The notes under the pieces were generated by a model. That model ran no database searches and had not been told where the DNA came from. It saw nothing but the letters and a program-made list of their open reading frames with translations. 64,000 bases of DNA from Somniosus microcephalus (taxonomy: Eukaryota). How positions within the stretch are numbered: the stretch's first letter is position 1; every line of letters starts with the position of its first letter. The stretch covers positions 930,001-994,000 of the forward strand of contig CM126214.1 of assembly GCA_052327205.1 (NCBI GenBank). The letters run 5' to 3'. The translations under genes were made by a program, and so were the position numbers. Shown here piece after piece: positions 39,570 to 50,799 of this stretch.

Positions 39570-42500
39570 CAATGTGTGTGTGTCAGAGTGAGTGTATGAA
39601 TGTGTCAGAGTGAGAGTGTGTGTCAGTATGCGTGTGGCGAGTGTGTGTCCGTGTGGCGAGTGTGTGTCCGTGTGGCGAGTGTGTGTCCGTGTGGAGAGTG
39701 TGTGTCCGTGTGTGGAGAGTGTGTCCGTGTGAGAGTGTGTGTGTCAGTATGTGTGTGTGGAGAGTGTGTCCGTGTGAGTGTGTGTGTGGAGAGTGTGTCC
39801 GTGTGGAGAGTGTGTCCGTGTGGAGAGTGTGTCCGTGTGGAGAGTGTGTCCGTGTGGAGAGTGTGTCCGTGTGGAGAGTGTGTCCGTGTGGAGAGTGTGT
39901 CCGTGTGGAGAGAGTGTGTCCGTGTGAGAGAGTGTGTCCGTGTGAGAGAGTGTGTCAGTATGTGTGTGGAGAGTGTGTCCGTGTGAGAGTATGTGTGTGG
40001 AGAGTGTGTCCGTGTGAGAGTGTGTGTGGAGAGAGTGTCCGTGTGAGAGTGTGTATGTCAGTATGCGTGTGGAGTGTGTGTCCGTGTGGAGAGTGACCGT
40101 CCGTGTGGAGAGTGTCCGTCCGTGTGAGAGTGTGTCAGTATGTCCGTGTGAGAGTGTGTCCGTGTGGAGAGTGTGTCCGTGTGGAGAGTGTGTCCGTGTG
40201 AGAGAGTGTGTGGAGAGTGTGTCCGTGTGAGAGAGTGTGTGTCAGTATGTGTGTGGAGAGTGTGTGTGGAGAGTGTGTCCGTGTGAGAGAGTGTGTCAGT
40301 ATGTGTGTGTGTGGAGTGTGTCCGTGTGAGTGTGTGTGTGGAGAGAGTGTCCGTGTGAGAGTGTGTATGTCAGTATGTGTGGAGAGTGTGTCCATGTGAG
40401 AGTGTGTGTGTCAGTATGTGTGTGGAGAGTGTGTCCGTGTGGAGAGTGTGTCCGTGTGGAGAGAGTGTGTCCGTGTGAGAGAGTGTCAGTATGTGTGTGG
40501 AGAGTGTGTCCGTGTGAGAGTGTGTGTGTCAGTATGTGTGTGGAGAGTGTGTCCGTGTGAGAGTGTGTGTGTCAGTATGTGTGTGGAGAGTGTGTCCGTG
40601 TGGAGAGTGTGTCCGTGTGGAGAGTGTGTCCGTGTGGAGAGTGTGTCCGTGTGGAGAGTGTGTCCGTGTGGAGAGCGTGTGTCCGTGTGAGAGAGTGTGT
40701 CAGTATGTGTGTGGAGAGTGTGTCCGTGTGAGAGTATGTGTGTGGAGAGTGTCCGTGTGAGAGTGTGTGTATCAGTATGTGTGTGGAGAGTGTGTCCGTG
40801 TGGAGTGTGTGTCCATGTGGAGAGTGTGTGTCCGTGTGGAGAGCGTCCGTGTGGAGAGTGTCCGTCCGTGTGAGAGTGTGTCAGTATGTCCGTGTGAGAG
40901 TGTGTGTGGAGAGTGTGTCCGTGTGAGTGTGTGTGTGTCAGTATGTGTGTGGAGAGTGTGTCCGTGTGGAGAGTGTGTCCGTGTGAGAGAGTGTGTGGAG
41001 AGTGTGTCCGTGTGAGAGAGTGTGTGTCAGTATGTGTGTGGAGAGTGTGTCCGTGTGAGAGAGTGTGTCAGTATGTGTGTGTGTGGAGTGTGTCCGTGTG
41101 AGAGTGTGTGTGGAGAGAGTGTCCGTGTGAGAGTGTGTATGTCAGTATGTGTGTGGAGAGTGTGTCCGTGTGGAGTGTGTGTCCGTGTGGAGAGTGTCCG
41201 TCCGTGTGGAGAGTGTCCGTCCGTGTGAGTGTGTCAGTATGTCCGTGTGAGAGTGTGTGTGGAGAGTGTGTCCGTGTGAGTGTGTGTGTGTCAGTATGTG
41301 TGTGGAGAGTGTGTCCGTGTGGAGAGTGTGTCCGTGTGAGAGAGTGTGTGGAGAGTGTGTCCGTGTGAGAGAGTGTGTGTCAGTATGTGTGTGGAGAGTG
41401 TGTGTGGAGAGTGTGTCCGTGTGAGAGAGTGTGTATCAGTATGTGTGTGGAGAGTGTGTCCGTGTGGAGAGCGTCCGTGTGGAGAGTGTCCGTCCGTGTG
41501 AGAGTGTGTCAGTATGTCCGTGTGAGAGTGTGTGTGGAGAGTGTGTCCGTGTGAGTGTGTGTGTGTCAGTATGTGTGTGGAGAGTGTGTCCGTGTGGAGA
41601 GTGTGTCCGTGTGAGAGAGTGTGTGGAGAGTGTGTCCGTGTGAGAGAGTGTGTCAGTATGTGTGTGGAGAGTGTGTCCGTGTGAGAGAGTGTGTCAGTAT
41701 GTGTGTGTGTGGAGTGTGTCCGTGTGAGAGTGTGTGTGGAGAGAGTGTCCGTGTGAGAGTGTGTATGTCAGTATGTGTGTGGAGAGTGTGTCCGTGTGGA
41801 GTGTGTGTCCGTGTGGAGAGTGTCCGTCCGTGTGGAGAGTGTCCGTCCGTGTGAGAGTGTGTCAGTATGTCCGTGTGAGAGTGTGTGTGGAGAGTGTGTC
41901 CGTGTGAGTGTGTGTGTGTCAGTATGTGTGTGGAGAGTGTGTCCGTGTGGAGAGTGTGTCCGTGTGAGAGAGTGTGTGGAGAGTGTGTCCGTGTGAGAGA
42001 GTGTGTGTCAGTATGTGTGTGGAGAGTGTGTGTGGAGAGTGTGTCCGTGTGAGAGAGTGTGTCAGTATGTGTGTGTGTGGAGTGTGTCCGTGTGAGAGTG
42101 TGTGTGGAGAGAGTGTCCGTGTGAGAGTGTGTATGTCAGTATGTGTGGAGAGTGTGTCCATGTGAGAGTGTGTGTGTCAGTATGTGTGTGGAGAGTGTGT
42201 CCGTGTGGAGAGTGTGTCCGTGTGGAGAGAGTGTGTCCGTGTGAGAGAGTGTCAGTACGTGTGTGGAGAGTGTGTCCGTGTGAGAGTGTGTGTGTCAGTA
42301 TGTGTGTGGAGAGTGTGTCCGTGTGAGAGTGTGTGTGTCAGTATGTGTGTGGAGAGTGTGTCCGTGTGGAGAGTGTGTCCGTGTGGAGAGTGTGTCCGTG
42401 TGGAGAGTGTGTCCGTGTGGAGAGTGTGTGTGTCCGTGTGGCGTGTGTGTGTGTCCGTGTGGAGTGTGTGTGTCCGTGTGGAGAGTGTGTGTGTCCGTGT

Positions 42501-44092
42501 GGAGAGTGTGTGTGTCCGTGTGGAGAGTGTGTGTGTCCGTGTGGAGAGTGTATGTGTCCGTGTGGAGAGTGTGTGTGTCCGTGTGGAGAGTGTGTGTGTC
42601 CGTGTGGAGAGTGTGTGTGTCCGTGTGGAGAGTGTGTGTCCCCGTGTGAGAGTGTGTGTGGAGAGTGTGTCCGTGTGGAGAGTGTGTCCGTGTGAGAGAG
42701 TGTGTGGAGAGTGTGTCCGTGTGAGAGAGTGTGTGTCAGTATGTGTGTGGAGAATGTGTGTGGAGAGTGTGTCCGTGTGAGAGAGTGTGTCAGTATGTGT
42801 GTGTGTGGAGTGTGTCCGTGTGAGAGTGTGTGTGGAGAGAGTGTCCGTGTGAGAGTGTGTATGTCAGTATGTGTGGAGAGTGTGTCCATGTGAGAGTGTG
42901 TGTGTCAGTATGTGTGTGGAGAGTGTGTCCGTGTGGAGAGTGTGTCCGTGTGGAGAGAGTGTGTCCGTGTGAGAGAGTGTCAGTACGTGTGTGGAGAGTG
43001 TGTCCGTGTGAGAGTGTGTGTGTCAGTACGTGTGTGGAGAGTGTGTCCGTGTGAGAGTGTGTGTGTCAGTATGTGTGTGGAGAGTGTGTCCGTGTGAGAG
43101 TGTGTGTGGAGAGTGTGTCCGTGTGGAGAGTGTGTCCGTGTGGAGAGTGTGTCCGTGTGGAGAGTGTGTCCGTGTGGAGAGTGTGTCCGTGTGGAGAGTG
43201 TGTCCGTGTGGAGAGTGTGTCCGTGTGGAGAGTGTGTCCGTGTGGAGAGTGTGTGTGTCCGTGTGGCGTGTGTGTGTGTCCGTGTGGAGTGTGTGTGTCC
43301 GTGTGGAGAGTGTGTGTGTCCGTGTGGAGAGTGTGTGTGTCCGTGTGGAGAGTGTGTGTGTCCGTGTGGAGAGTGTGTGTGTCCGTGTGGAGAGTGTGTG
43401 TGTCCGTGTGGAGAGTGTGTGTGTCCGTGTGGAGAGTGTGTGTGTCCGTGTGGAGAGTGTGTGTGTCCGTGTGGAGAGTGTGTGTGTCCGTGTGGAGAGT
43501 GTGTGTGTCCGTGTGGAGAGTGTGTGTGTCCGTGTGGAGAGTGTGTGTGTCCGTGTGGAGAGTGTGTCCCCCCGTGTGGAGAGTGTGTGTCCCCGTGTGG
43601 AGAGTGTGTGTCGGTGTGGAGAGTGTGTGTGTCCGTGTGGAGAGTGTGTGTGTCCGTGTGCAGAGTGTGTGTCCGTGTGGAGAGTGTGTGTGTCCGTGTG
43701 GAGAGTGTGTGTGTCCGTGTGGAGAGTGTGTGTGTCCGTGTGGAGAGTGTGTGTGTCCGTGTGGAGAGTGTGTGTGTCCGTGTGGAGAGTGTGTGTGTCC
43801 GTGTGGAGAGTGTGTGTTCCCGTGTGGAGAGTGTGTGTGTCCGTGTGGAGAGTGTGTGTGTCCGTGTGGAGAGTGTGTGTGTCCGTGTGGAGAGTGTGTG
43901 TCCCCGTGTGGAGAGTGTGTGTGTCCGTGTGGAGAGTGTGTGTGCCCGTGTGGAGAGTGTGTGTCCGTGTGGAGAGTGTGTGTGTCCGTGTGGAGAGTGT
44001 GTGTGTCCGTGTGGAGAGTGTGTGTCCCCGTGTGGAGAGTGTGTGTCCCCGTGTGGAGAGTGTGTGTGTCCCCGTGTGGAGAGTGTCCGTGT
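39570..44092. repeat. 4.5-kb GT-rich complex satellite (17-21-bp core with higher-order blocks)
   Basis: gtgtggaga(gt)ncc units mixed with gtcagtat variants. Confidence 0.98.
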
Positions 44093-44111
44093 AACTGGGT
44101 GGTGGGGTACA

Positions 44112-44233
44112 AACAACAGAGAATGCTGGAAACACTCAGCAGGTCAGGCAGCATTGAGGAGAGAGAAACAGAGTCAATGTTCTGAGTCGGGGACCCTTCG
44201 TCAGATTTCCAGCATCCGCAGTATTTTGCTGTT
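44112..44233. mobile_element. Miniature Penelope-derived element with a decayed hammerhead
   Basis: Minus-orientation terminal repeat joined to the plus-orientation extreme end cagatttccagcatccgcagtattttgct. Hammerhead GAAA has become AGAA. Confidence 0.7.
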
Positions 44234-44539
44234 GTACAAATAACAATCTGTGTTTAGCTTGTCCAGTGCCCTCCGGAGGGCGTGTTGCATTGCCAGAAGT
44301 GCAGTCCTTTAGGTGCAACGTGAAGCCAAGAGAGGCCCCTGTTCGGGTGGATGTTGAAGACCCTGTGACAATATTTGAACGAGCAGGAAATCCAGCGCAA
44401 CTTTCCTCTCAATCAATGCTACCAAATACAAATTAACTGGAACGATAGCAAAATACTGCAGATGTTGGAAATCCGAAATAACAACAGAAAATGCTGGAAA
44501 AACTCAGCAGGTCAGGCAACATCCGTGGAGAGAAATTTG

Positions 44540-44574
44540 AGTTGACGTTTCGGGTTTGACCCTTCTTCAAAACT
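44540..44574 (-). ncRNA. Minimal hammerhead ribozyme motif (U3 variant), inverted copy
   Basis: Exact reverse complement of 46198-46232. Confidence 0.7.
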
Positions 44575-44827
44575 GGAGAGAAAAGGAACTAGATCGAAGG
44601 CAGGGCTGCGATCGGACAAAAGAATAAAAGAACCAAAAGAAGTAAAAGAGATTAGAAGCTAGACGAGATGGTAATAGGCTGGGATTAGGTGTAAAGTGTA
44701 CTGGCAGGGCAAAAGATAGCTGCCAGGTGTGAGAGAGAAACAAAAGGAAAGGGGGGGGGGGGAGGAAAGGAGTGGAAAAATATAAGTAAAAATGAAATAG
44801 GGGCCGAGGTTATGAGCCTGCCTTTTC

Positions 44828-45958
44828 GTGGGCTATGTGGAACACTCTTTGTTCCAGTCCTACTCGGGTCCCCTCCCTCACCTCTTTTTCCGATACATTG
44901 ATGACTGTATCGGTGCCGTTTCCTGCTCTCGCCCCGAACTTGACAATTTCATTCACTTTGCCTCCAATTTCCACCCTTCCCTCACCTTCACATGGTCCAT
45001 CTCTGACTCTTCCCTTCCCTTCCTCGACTTCTCCGTCTCCATCTCTGGGGATAGGTTATCGACCAATATTTACTACAAGCCCACTGACTCCCACAGCTAC
45101 CTGGACTACACTTCCTCCCACCCCGCTTCCTGTAAGGACTCTATTCCATTCTCCCAGTTTCTCCGCCGTATCTGCTCCGACGATGCCACCTTCCACACCA
45201 GTGCTTCAGACATGTCTTCCTTTTTCCGCAACCGAGGATTCCCCTCTACCGTGGTTGACACTGCCCTCGACCGTGTCAGTTCTATCTCCCGCACCTCTGC
45301 CCTCACCCCTGCCCCTCCCTCCCGGAACCACGATAGGGTTCCCCTTGTCCTCACCTTTCACCCCACCAGCCTCCACATTCAACGGATCATCCTCCGGCAT
45401 TTCCGCTACCTCCAAAGTGATCCCACCACCAAACGTATCTTCCCCTCCCCTCCCCTTTCAGCATTCCGCAGGGACCGCTCTCTCCGAGACACCCTAGTCC
45501 ACTCCTCTATCACCCCAAACAGCCCTTCCCCTTCGCCCGGCACCTTCCCGTGCAAGCGGAGGAGATGTAACACCTGCCCCTATACCTCCCCCCTCCCCAC
45601 TGTCCAGGGCCCCAAACACCCCTTCCAGGTGAAACAGCGATTTACTTGTACTTCTCGCAATCTAGTATACTGTATTCGCTGCTCACGATGCGGTCTCCTC
45701 TACATTGGGGAGACCAAACGCAGATTGGGTGACCGCTTTGCGGAACACCTCCGTTCAGTCCGTAAGGGTGACCCCGAGCTTCCGGTCGCCTGTCATTTCA
45801 ATTCACCGCTCCATTCCCACTCGGACCTCACCGTCCTTGGCCTCTTGTACTGTTCCACGGAAGCTCAACGTAAACTCGAGGAACAGCACCTCATCTTCCG
45901 ATTAGGCACTCTGCAGCCTTCCGGACTCAATATCGAGTTCAACAATTTCAGATCATAA
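44828..45958 (+). CDS. Penelope-like RT C-terminal part plus GIY-YIG endonuclease (partial, stop-free)
   Basis: FFRYIDD, LPFLD, YYKPT, CxxxxCxxC, VYCIRCSRCGLLYIGET, RFAEH, EQHLI...GLN. Confidence 0.92.
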   Translation: MGYVEHSLFQSYSGPLPHLFFRYIDDCIGAVSCSRPELDNFIHFASNFHPSLTFTWSISDSSLPFLDFSVSISGDRLSTNIYYKPTDSHSYLDYTSSHPASCKDSIPFSQFLRRICSDDATFHTSASDMSSFFRNRGFPSTVVDTALDRVSSISRTSALTPAPPSRNHDRVPLVLTFHPTSLHIQRIILRHFRYLQSDPTTKRIFPSPPLSAFRRDRSLRDTLVHSSITPNSPSPSPGTFPCKRRRCNTCPYTSPLPTVQGPKHPFQVKQRFTCTSRNLVYCIRCSRCGLLYIGETKRRLGDRFAEHLRSVRKGDPELPVACHFNSPLHSHSDLTVLGLLYCSTEAQRKLEEQHLIFRLGTLQPSGLNIEFNNFRS

Positions 45959-46197
45959 CCTCGGCCCCTATTTCATTTTTACTTATATTTTTCCACTCCT
46001 TTCCTCCCCCCCCCCCCCCCCTTTCCTTTTGTTTCTCTCTCACACCTGGCAGCTATCTTTTGCCCTGCCAGTACACTTTACACCTAATCACAGCCTATTA
46101 CCATCTCGTCTAGCTTCTAATCTCTTTTACTTCTTTTGGTTCTTTTATTCTTTTGTCCGATCGCAGCCCTGCCTTCGATCTAGTTCCTTTTCTCTCC

Positions 46198-46232
46198 AGT
46201 TTTGAAGAAGGGTCAAACCCGAAACGTCAACT
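46198..46232 (+). ncRNA. Minimal type I hammerhead ribozyme motif (U3 variant)
   Basis: AGUU-UUGAAGA-A-GGGU(CAA)ACCC-GAAA-CG-UC-AACU, with palindromic helix III ACGU. Confidence 0.75.
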
Positions 46233-46494
46233 CAAATTTCTCTCCACGGATGTTGCCTGACCTGCTGAGTTTTTCCAGCATTTTCTGTTGTTATTACAAA
46301 TTAACTGGATGTTGCTGGTTAGAATCTGTCAGGTCTGTCCCCATAACAACAGTAACTGCACTTCAATAATGAATGGAATGTGCCACACGTCGAGATGTTT
46401 GAGTTGTGAAAATGTGCTATATAAATACATCAGTCTCTCTCTCCTAGAATCATACAGAAGGCCATTCTGCCCATCATGCCAGCTCCTGTACCAA

Positions 46495-46543
46495 ACACCT
46501 ATGAACAAGAAACAATCTTTGCGCAGTGCCAGGAGTATTTATT
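46495..46543 (-). terminator. Candidate COMP poly(A) signal
   Basis: AATAAA on minus at 46543-46538, followed by GT-rich ttgtttcttgttcataggtgtttgg. Confidence 0.55.
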
Positions 46544-47004
46544 TAGTTTTTTTATACATGCAGGTGACATTATATTCAGAAAATCTTTGCAGTGAATTAA
46601 AATGCTGCATATTATGGGTTATATCTGGGTCACCTTTGATTTAGTAAATTCCATGTCAATAAAGTCCATATAAAATCAACAATGTACAAAAATAAGCGAA
46701 GCCAATTCGAGAAGATGCATGTTACAGTCTGTTACTCTTGTTTGTCGACACTTTCTGTCTGTCACTGAGTAACGAGTCTATTAATAGTTCCTTCCCAGTG
46801 ATGCAGAAGTTTAGAATCTGGGGTCAGCATGGTGGGGGGTTGGGGGGGTGGGAGGGGGAGTTGAAAGTCACAAACCAGTGTGTCAACCACAGTTTGCTGG
46901 AGTTCAACTGTGACGTGACATTTCAATTGGATGTGGTGATACCAGGAGTGAAAGAATGAAACATGATGTGAGGAGCAGTACATGAAACGCCACAAAACAG
47001 CCAG

Positions 47005-47292
47005 TGACCCTGACCCCCCGGTCCCCAGACCCTGACCCCCCGGTCCCCAGACCCTGACCCCGACCCAGACCCCCAGCCCCTGACCCCCCGGTCCCCAGCC
47101 CCTGACCCCCCAGTCCCCAGCCCCTGACCCCCGACCCAGCCCCTGACCCCCCCGGTCCCCAGCCCCTGACCCCCCGGTCCCCAGCCCCTGACCCCCCGGT
47201 CCCCAGCCCCTGACCCCCCAGTCCCCAGCCCCTGACCCCCGACCCAGCCCCTGACCCCCCGGTCCCCAGACCCTGACCCCCGACCCAGACCC
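47005..47292. repeat. C-rich ~22-bp minisatellite (G-rich on the COMP sense strand)
   Basis: ccctgaccccccggtccccagc units. Confidence 0.9.
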
Positions 47293-47344
47293 GGCCGATG
47301 CCAAGTCCAACAACTGGGGCAGGATTGGCAATTGGGGTTTGGTA

Positions 47345-47900
47345 AGATTGGGCAGGTGAGTATCTCGAGACCTTTAATCTGGGCCCCACACTTCAGGAAA
47401 GAGGTAAAGGCCTTCGAACGGGTAGAGAGGAGGGTTACCAGGGACGGGGGACTTCAGTTATGGGGAGAGGTTGGAAAAGTTCGGACTGTTCCCCTTGGAA
47501 CAGAGCAGGTTAAGAGGTGACCGAATCGAGGTTTTCAGATGATGAGAGGTTTGGATCGAGTAGATCGAGAAAAACAACTCCCTCTGGAGAGTGGGTCAAT
47601 AACCAGAGGTCACAGATTTAAATCACTGGTGAAAGATCGAGGGGAGATGAGAAATGTTTTCACTCAGGAAGTTGTCGGGATCTGGAACACTCGACCTGAA
47701 AAGGTGACGGAAGCTGATTCAATCAATAATTTAAACTGGAGTTGGACGGGTTCTCGAGGATGTGGAGCTCACAGGGTTACGGACAAGAAGCAGGGGTGGG
47801 GTGGGGACTGAGCACGACGGCTCTTTCACAAACCCAGCATAGGCACGATGGGCCGAATGGCCTCCTGTGCTGTAAGTTTCCAGGATTCTACAATTCTATC
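47345..47900 (+). mobile_element. Old CR1 3' fragment
   Basis: WAPHFRKEVKAFERV, MRGLDRVDREK and a CR1 3'UTR. Confidence 0.85.
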
Positions 47901-48079
47901 TTACTCATTGAGCACAGCTCTGACCAAACCCAGTCTCCACTTCACTCAGTCCTGTGCCTTTGCACCAACGCCTGCTAAACATCCAATCAGACGGTGCTGT
48001 TATAACATATACTAAACTTTCCCAAGCATCAAAGAGGTGACTCGATGGTGATGAGAAATAAAGTGAAATCCAGAAACTG

Positions 48080-48860
48080 GTCGATCGATCGATCGCCCTT
48101 CTCACGAGTAACGAGGACCCAGTCGATCGATTGATCTTCTCGCGAGTGACAAGGACCCAGTCGATCGATCGATCTTCTCGTGAGTAGCAAGGACCCAGTC
48201 GATCGATCGATCGCGAGTGCTGAGGACCCAGTCGATCGATCGATTGCGAGTGACAAGGACCCAGTCGATCGATCAATCTTCTCGCGAGCAGCGAGGACCC
48301 AGTCGATTGGTCGATTGCGAGTGACGAGGACCCAGTCAATCGATCAATTGATCGATCTTCTCGTGAGTAGCGAGGACCTAGTCGATCAATCGACTGCGAG
48401 TTACAAGGACCCAGTCAATCCATCGATCTTTTCGCGAGTGACGAGGACCCAAATCGATCATTGACATTCTCGCGAGTGACGAGGACCCAGTCGATCGATC
48501 GATTTTCTCGCGAGCAGCGAGGACCCGATCGATTGCGAGTGACAAGGACCCAGTTGATCGATCGACCTTCTTGCGAGTGACGAGGACCCAGTCGATCGAT
48601 TGATCTTCTCGTGAGTAGCGAGGACCCAGTCGATCAATCGACTGCGAGTGACAAGGACCCAGTCGATCCATCGATCTTCTCGCGAGTGACGAGGACCCAA
48701 ATCGATCATTGACATTCTCGCGAGTGACGAGGACCCAGTCGATCGATCGATCTTCTCGCGAGCAGCGAGGACCCGATCGATTGCGAGTGACAAGGACCCA
48801 ATTGATCGATCGACCTTCTCGCAAGTGACGAGGACCCAGTCGATCGATTGATCGGCCTCG
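48080..48860. repeat. CpG-rich palindromic 32-38-bp minisatellite, about 22 copies
   Basis: ctcgcgagtgacgaggacccagtcgatcgatcgatctt, with a 248-bp higher-order duplication. Confidence 0.93.
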
Positions 48861-49028
48861 CTGAAGATCCATTTCTCACCATTTTGGGAGGTTCCAATTG
48901 TTGAAGTCGTCGGTTTCACAGTAAAACTGCGGGGAAGGTTCCGAAATGTTGATTGAAAGTTTGATGAGAGGCCGTCACTTGTCAGGGTTTAAAAGGTCTG
49001 ATGGTTTCGGGGGTTCAGGATCCACCCT

Positions 49029-49078
49029 TCAAGACTTGAACTGAAGTTCTGCTGGACGGAAATCTTCTGGAATTGTGT
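49029..49078 (-). CDS. COMP: COMP last coding exon
   Basis: Acceptor ttttctcttcttcag, then (D)TIPEDFRPAELQFKS*. DTIPED is the conserved group-B thrombospondin terminus. Confidence 0.85.
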
Positions 49079-49214
49079 CTGAAGAAGAGAAAACCAGAGC
49101 GATTAAAGGAGGCCGGAATCTATGGGGCAGGGAGGGGGTAGAGGGTGTTAGGGTGCACAGAGGGGAGCAGAGGGGGGAGTTTGAACAACTCATTCCCAGA
49201 CAGCGACTGAATTT

Positions 49215-49618
49215 AGGAGTTTAGAAGAATGAGAGGGGATCTCATTGAAACTTATAAAATTCTGACAGGACTGGACAGACTAGATGCAGGAAGGATGTTC
49301 CTGATGGTCGGGGAGTCCAGAACCAGGGGTCACAGTCTAAGGATAAGGGGTAAGCCATTTAGGACAGAGATGAGGAGGTATTTCTTCACCCAGAGAGTGG
49401 TGAACCTGTGGAATTCTCTACCACACAAGGCAGTTGAGGCCAATTCATTAAATATATTCAAGAAGGAGTTGGATATATTTCTTAAGGCTAAAGGGATCAA
49501 GGGATATGGGGAGAAGGCAGGGACAGGGTACTGAATTTGGATGATCAGCCATGATCTCATTCAATGGCGGAGCAGGCTCGAGGGGCCGAATGGCCTACTT
49601 CTGCTCCTAGCTTCTATG
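49215..49618 (+). mobile_element. CR1 3' fragment
   Basis: ORF 49229..49534 plus 3'UTR. Confidence 0.92.
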
Positions 49619-49949
49619 AATTGCACTGGGCCATTACACTGTGGCAGTGAGCGGCTTCGCGAGGGAAATGAGGAGAGAAAACGGGCAAAAGTCGCCTCTC
49701 CTTGGGCTCCATGTTTGTCTTGGTAGAAGCAGCCTATCCCTCAGATCAGGAGTGTGTGTGAGGACAGTACAGACAGTGGGTGGGACACGGGGGCTGTAGC
49801 AGCACCACACATCCTCAGGGCCTAGTGCTGTCGACTGATATTCCCAGCGGTGGGGGGAGGGGGGAGGAGATCAGATACGTCACGTCAACAGTGGTCCTCC
49901 TCATCCCCTCCCACCCTCACTCACCCCAGCCCCCACAAACTGCGTCAGC

Positions 49950-50546
49950 GAGAACACGACTGAAGGAACAGGAGGAGGCCATTTAGCCTATTCCACCATT
50001 CAGTTAGATCATGGCTGATCTGTTCCTCAACTCCATCCACTCGTGACCCTTAATACCCTTTGACATGAATCAGTCATTCATGAAAAAAAGACTTATGAAA
50101 TAATACTGAGCGGCCTGCGGGTGGCGCTGTCCAGGGAGAGTATAAATACTCGGGCACGGGCCCAGCTTGCGCAGGACATTCTTAACAGGAACTAGTGAAG
50201 GACACAACTAGACCTCCATGTTGTAAAACAGTTGCTTAAAGCTTTGTTTAACGCTTAGACCAAGTGCCTCGTAGTTTTCTTATGTCACCCTTACCCAACA
50301 AAAATCCATCAATCTGTTTTGAAAGATTTCAGTTGACCCCCAGCCTCAACAGCTTTTTGGGGGGAGAGAGTTCCAGATTTCCACCCCCCTTTATGTGAAG
50401 AAGTGCTTCCTGACATCACCCCTGAACAGCCTGGCTCTAATTTTAAGGTTCTGCCCCCTTGTTCTGGACTCCCCCCACCAGAGGAAATAGTTTCTCTCTA
50501 TCTACCCGATCAACTCCTTTAATCATCTTAAACACCTCGATTAAAT
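49950..50546 (-). mobile_element. CR1 3' fragment interrupted by a solo LTR
   Basis: DLIEVFKMIKGVDRVDREKLFPL, with the tail at 49950-50030. Confidence 0.85.
50061..50287 (+). mobile_element. 227-bp solo LTR
   Basis: Termini TGACAT...ATGTCA, 5-bp TSD ccctt (50056-50060 and 50288-50292), internal TATAAATA near 50140. Confidence 0.8.
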
Positions 50547-50600
50547 CAGTGGTTCTCAAACTAGAGATCCGTAAAGCATTTCCAGGGGGTTTGCAAAATA
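50547..50600. mobile_element. Possible hAT-Charlie terminal fragment
   Basis: cagtggttctcaaac is a Charlie-type TIR. No partner TIR or TSD found. Confidence 0.4.
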
Positions 50601-50799
50601 ATGTGAAAGTGCTTATTGAACAGAAACGCAGCATGTGTTTATTGTAAACGTTCCTTGCAGGAGCAGAGCGGACAGACAGAAGCTATGAACCCCATCGGTA
50701 AGCTCATAGCAATGGCGAAAGGTTACTGTCCCATGGATCCATCCGTCATAAGACAATGTCAATGGAAAATCGATTCCCGACACTCCTTAATTGCTGCAA

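Larger units (their letters stand above)
44442..46294 (+). mobile_element. Penelope-like element, 5'-truncated, with inverted terminal repeat and 15-bp TSD
   Basis: Inverted repeat 44477-44815 / 45953-46295. TSD tacaaattaactgga at 44427-44441 and 46295-46309. Confidence 0.95.
44262..46442 (+). mobile_element. Old Deu-type SINE (about 44262-44441 plus 46310-46442) split by the Penelope insertion
   Basis: Deu-domain-like gaggg.gtgttgcattgcc...ggtggatgttgaagaccc, and tail acaacagtaactgcacttcaa...gctatataaat (recalled consensus). Confidence 0.6.

Noticed and set aside
42980-44243. Cys/Val-rich and His/Thr-rich ORFs resembling metallothionein or keratin-associated proteins
   Set aside because: Artefacts of the GT satellite, open in all six frames.
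48080-48860. Hammerhead-like gtgacga-ggac-cca-gtc-gatc in the palindromic array
   Set aside because: Lacks C3 and the GAAA core, and has no consistent helix I or III.
48985-49060. Alternative COMP C-terminus (DFVQQNFSSS...) in a shifted frame
   Set aside because: The in-frame tail already has a normal length and this region is poorly conserved, so there is no support for a second frameshift.
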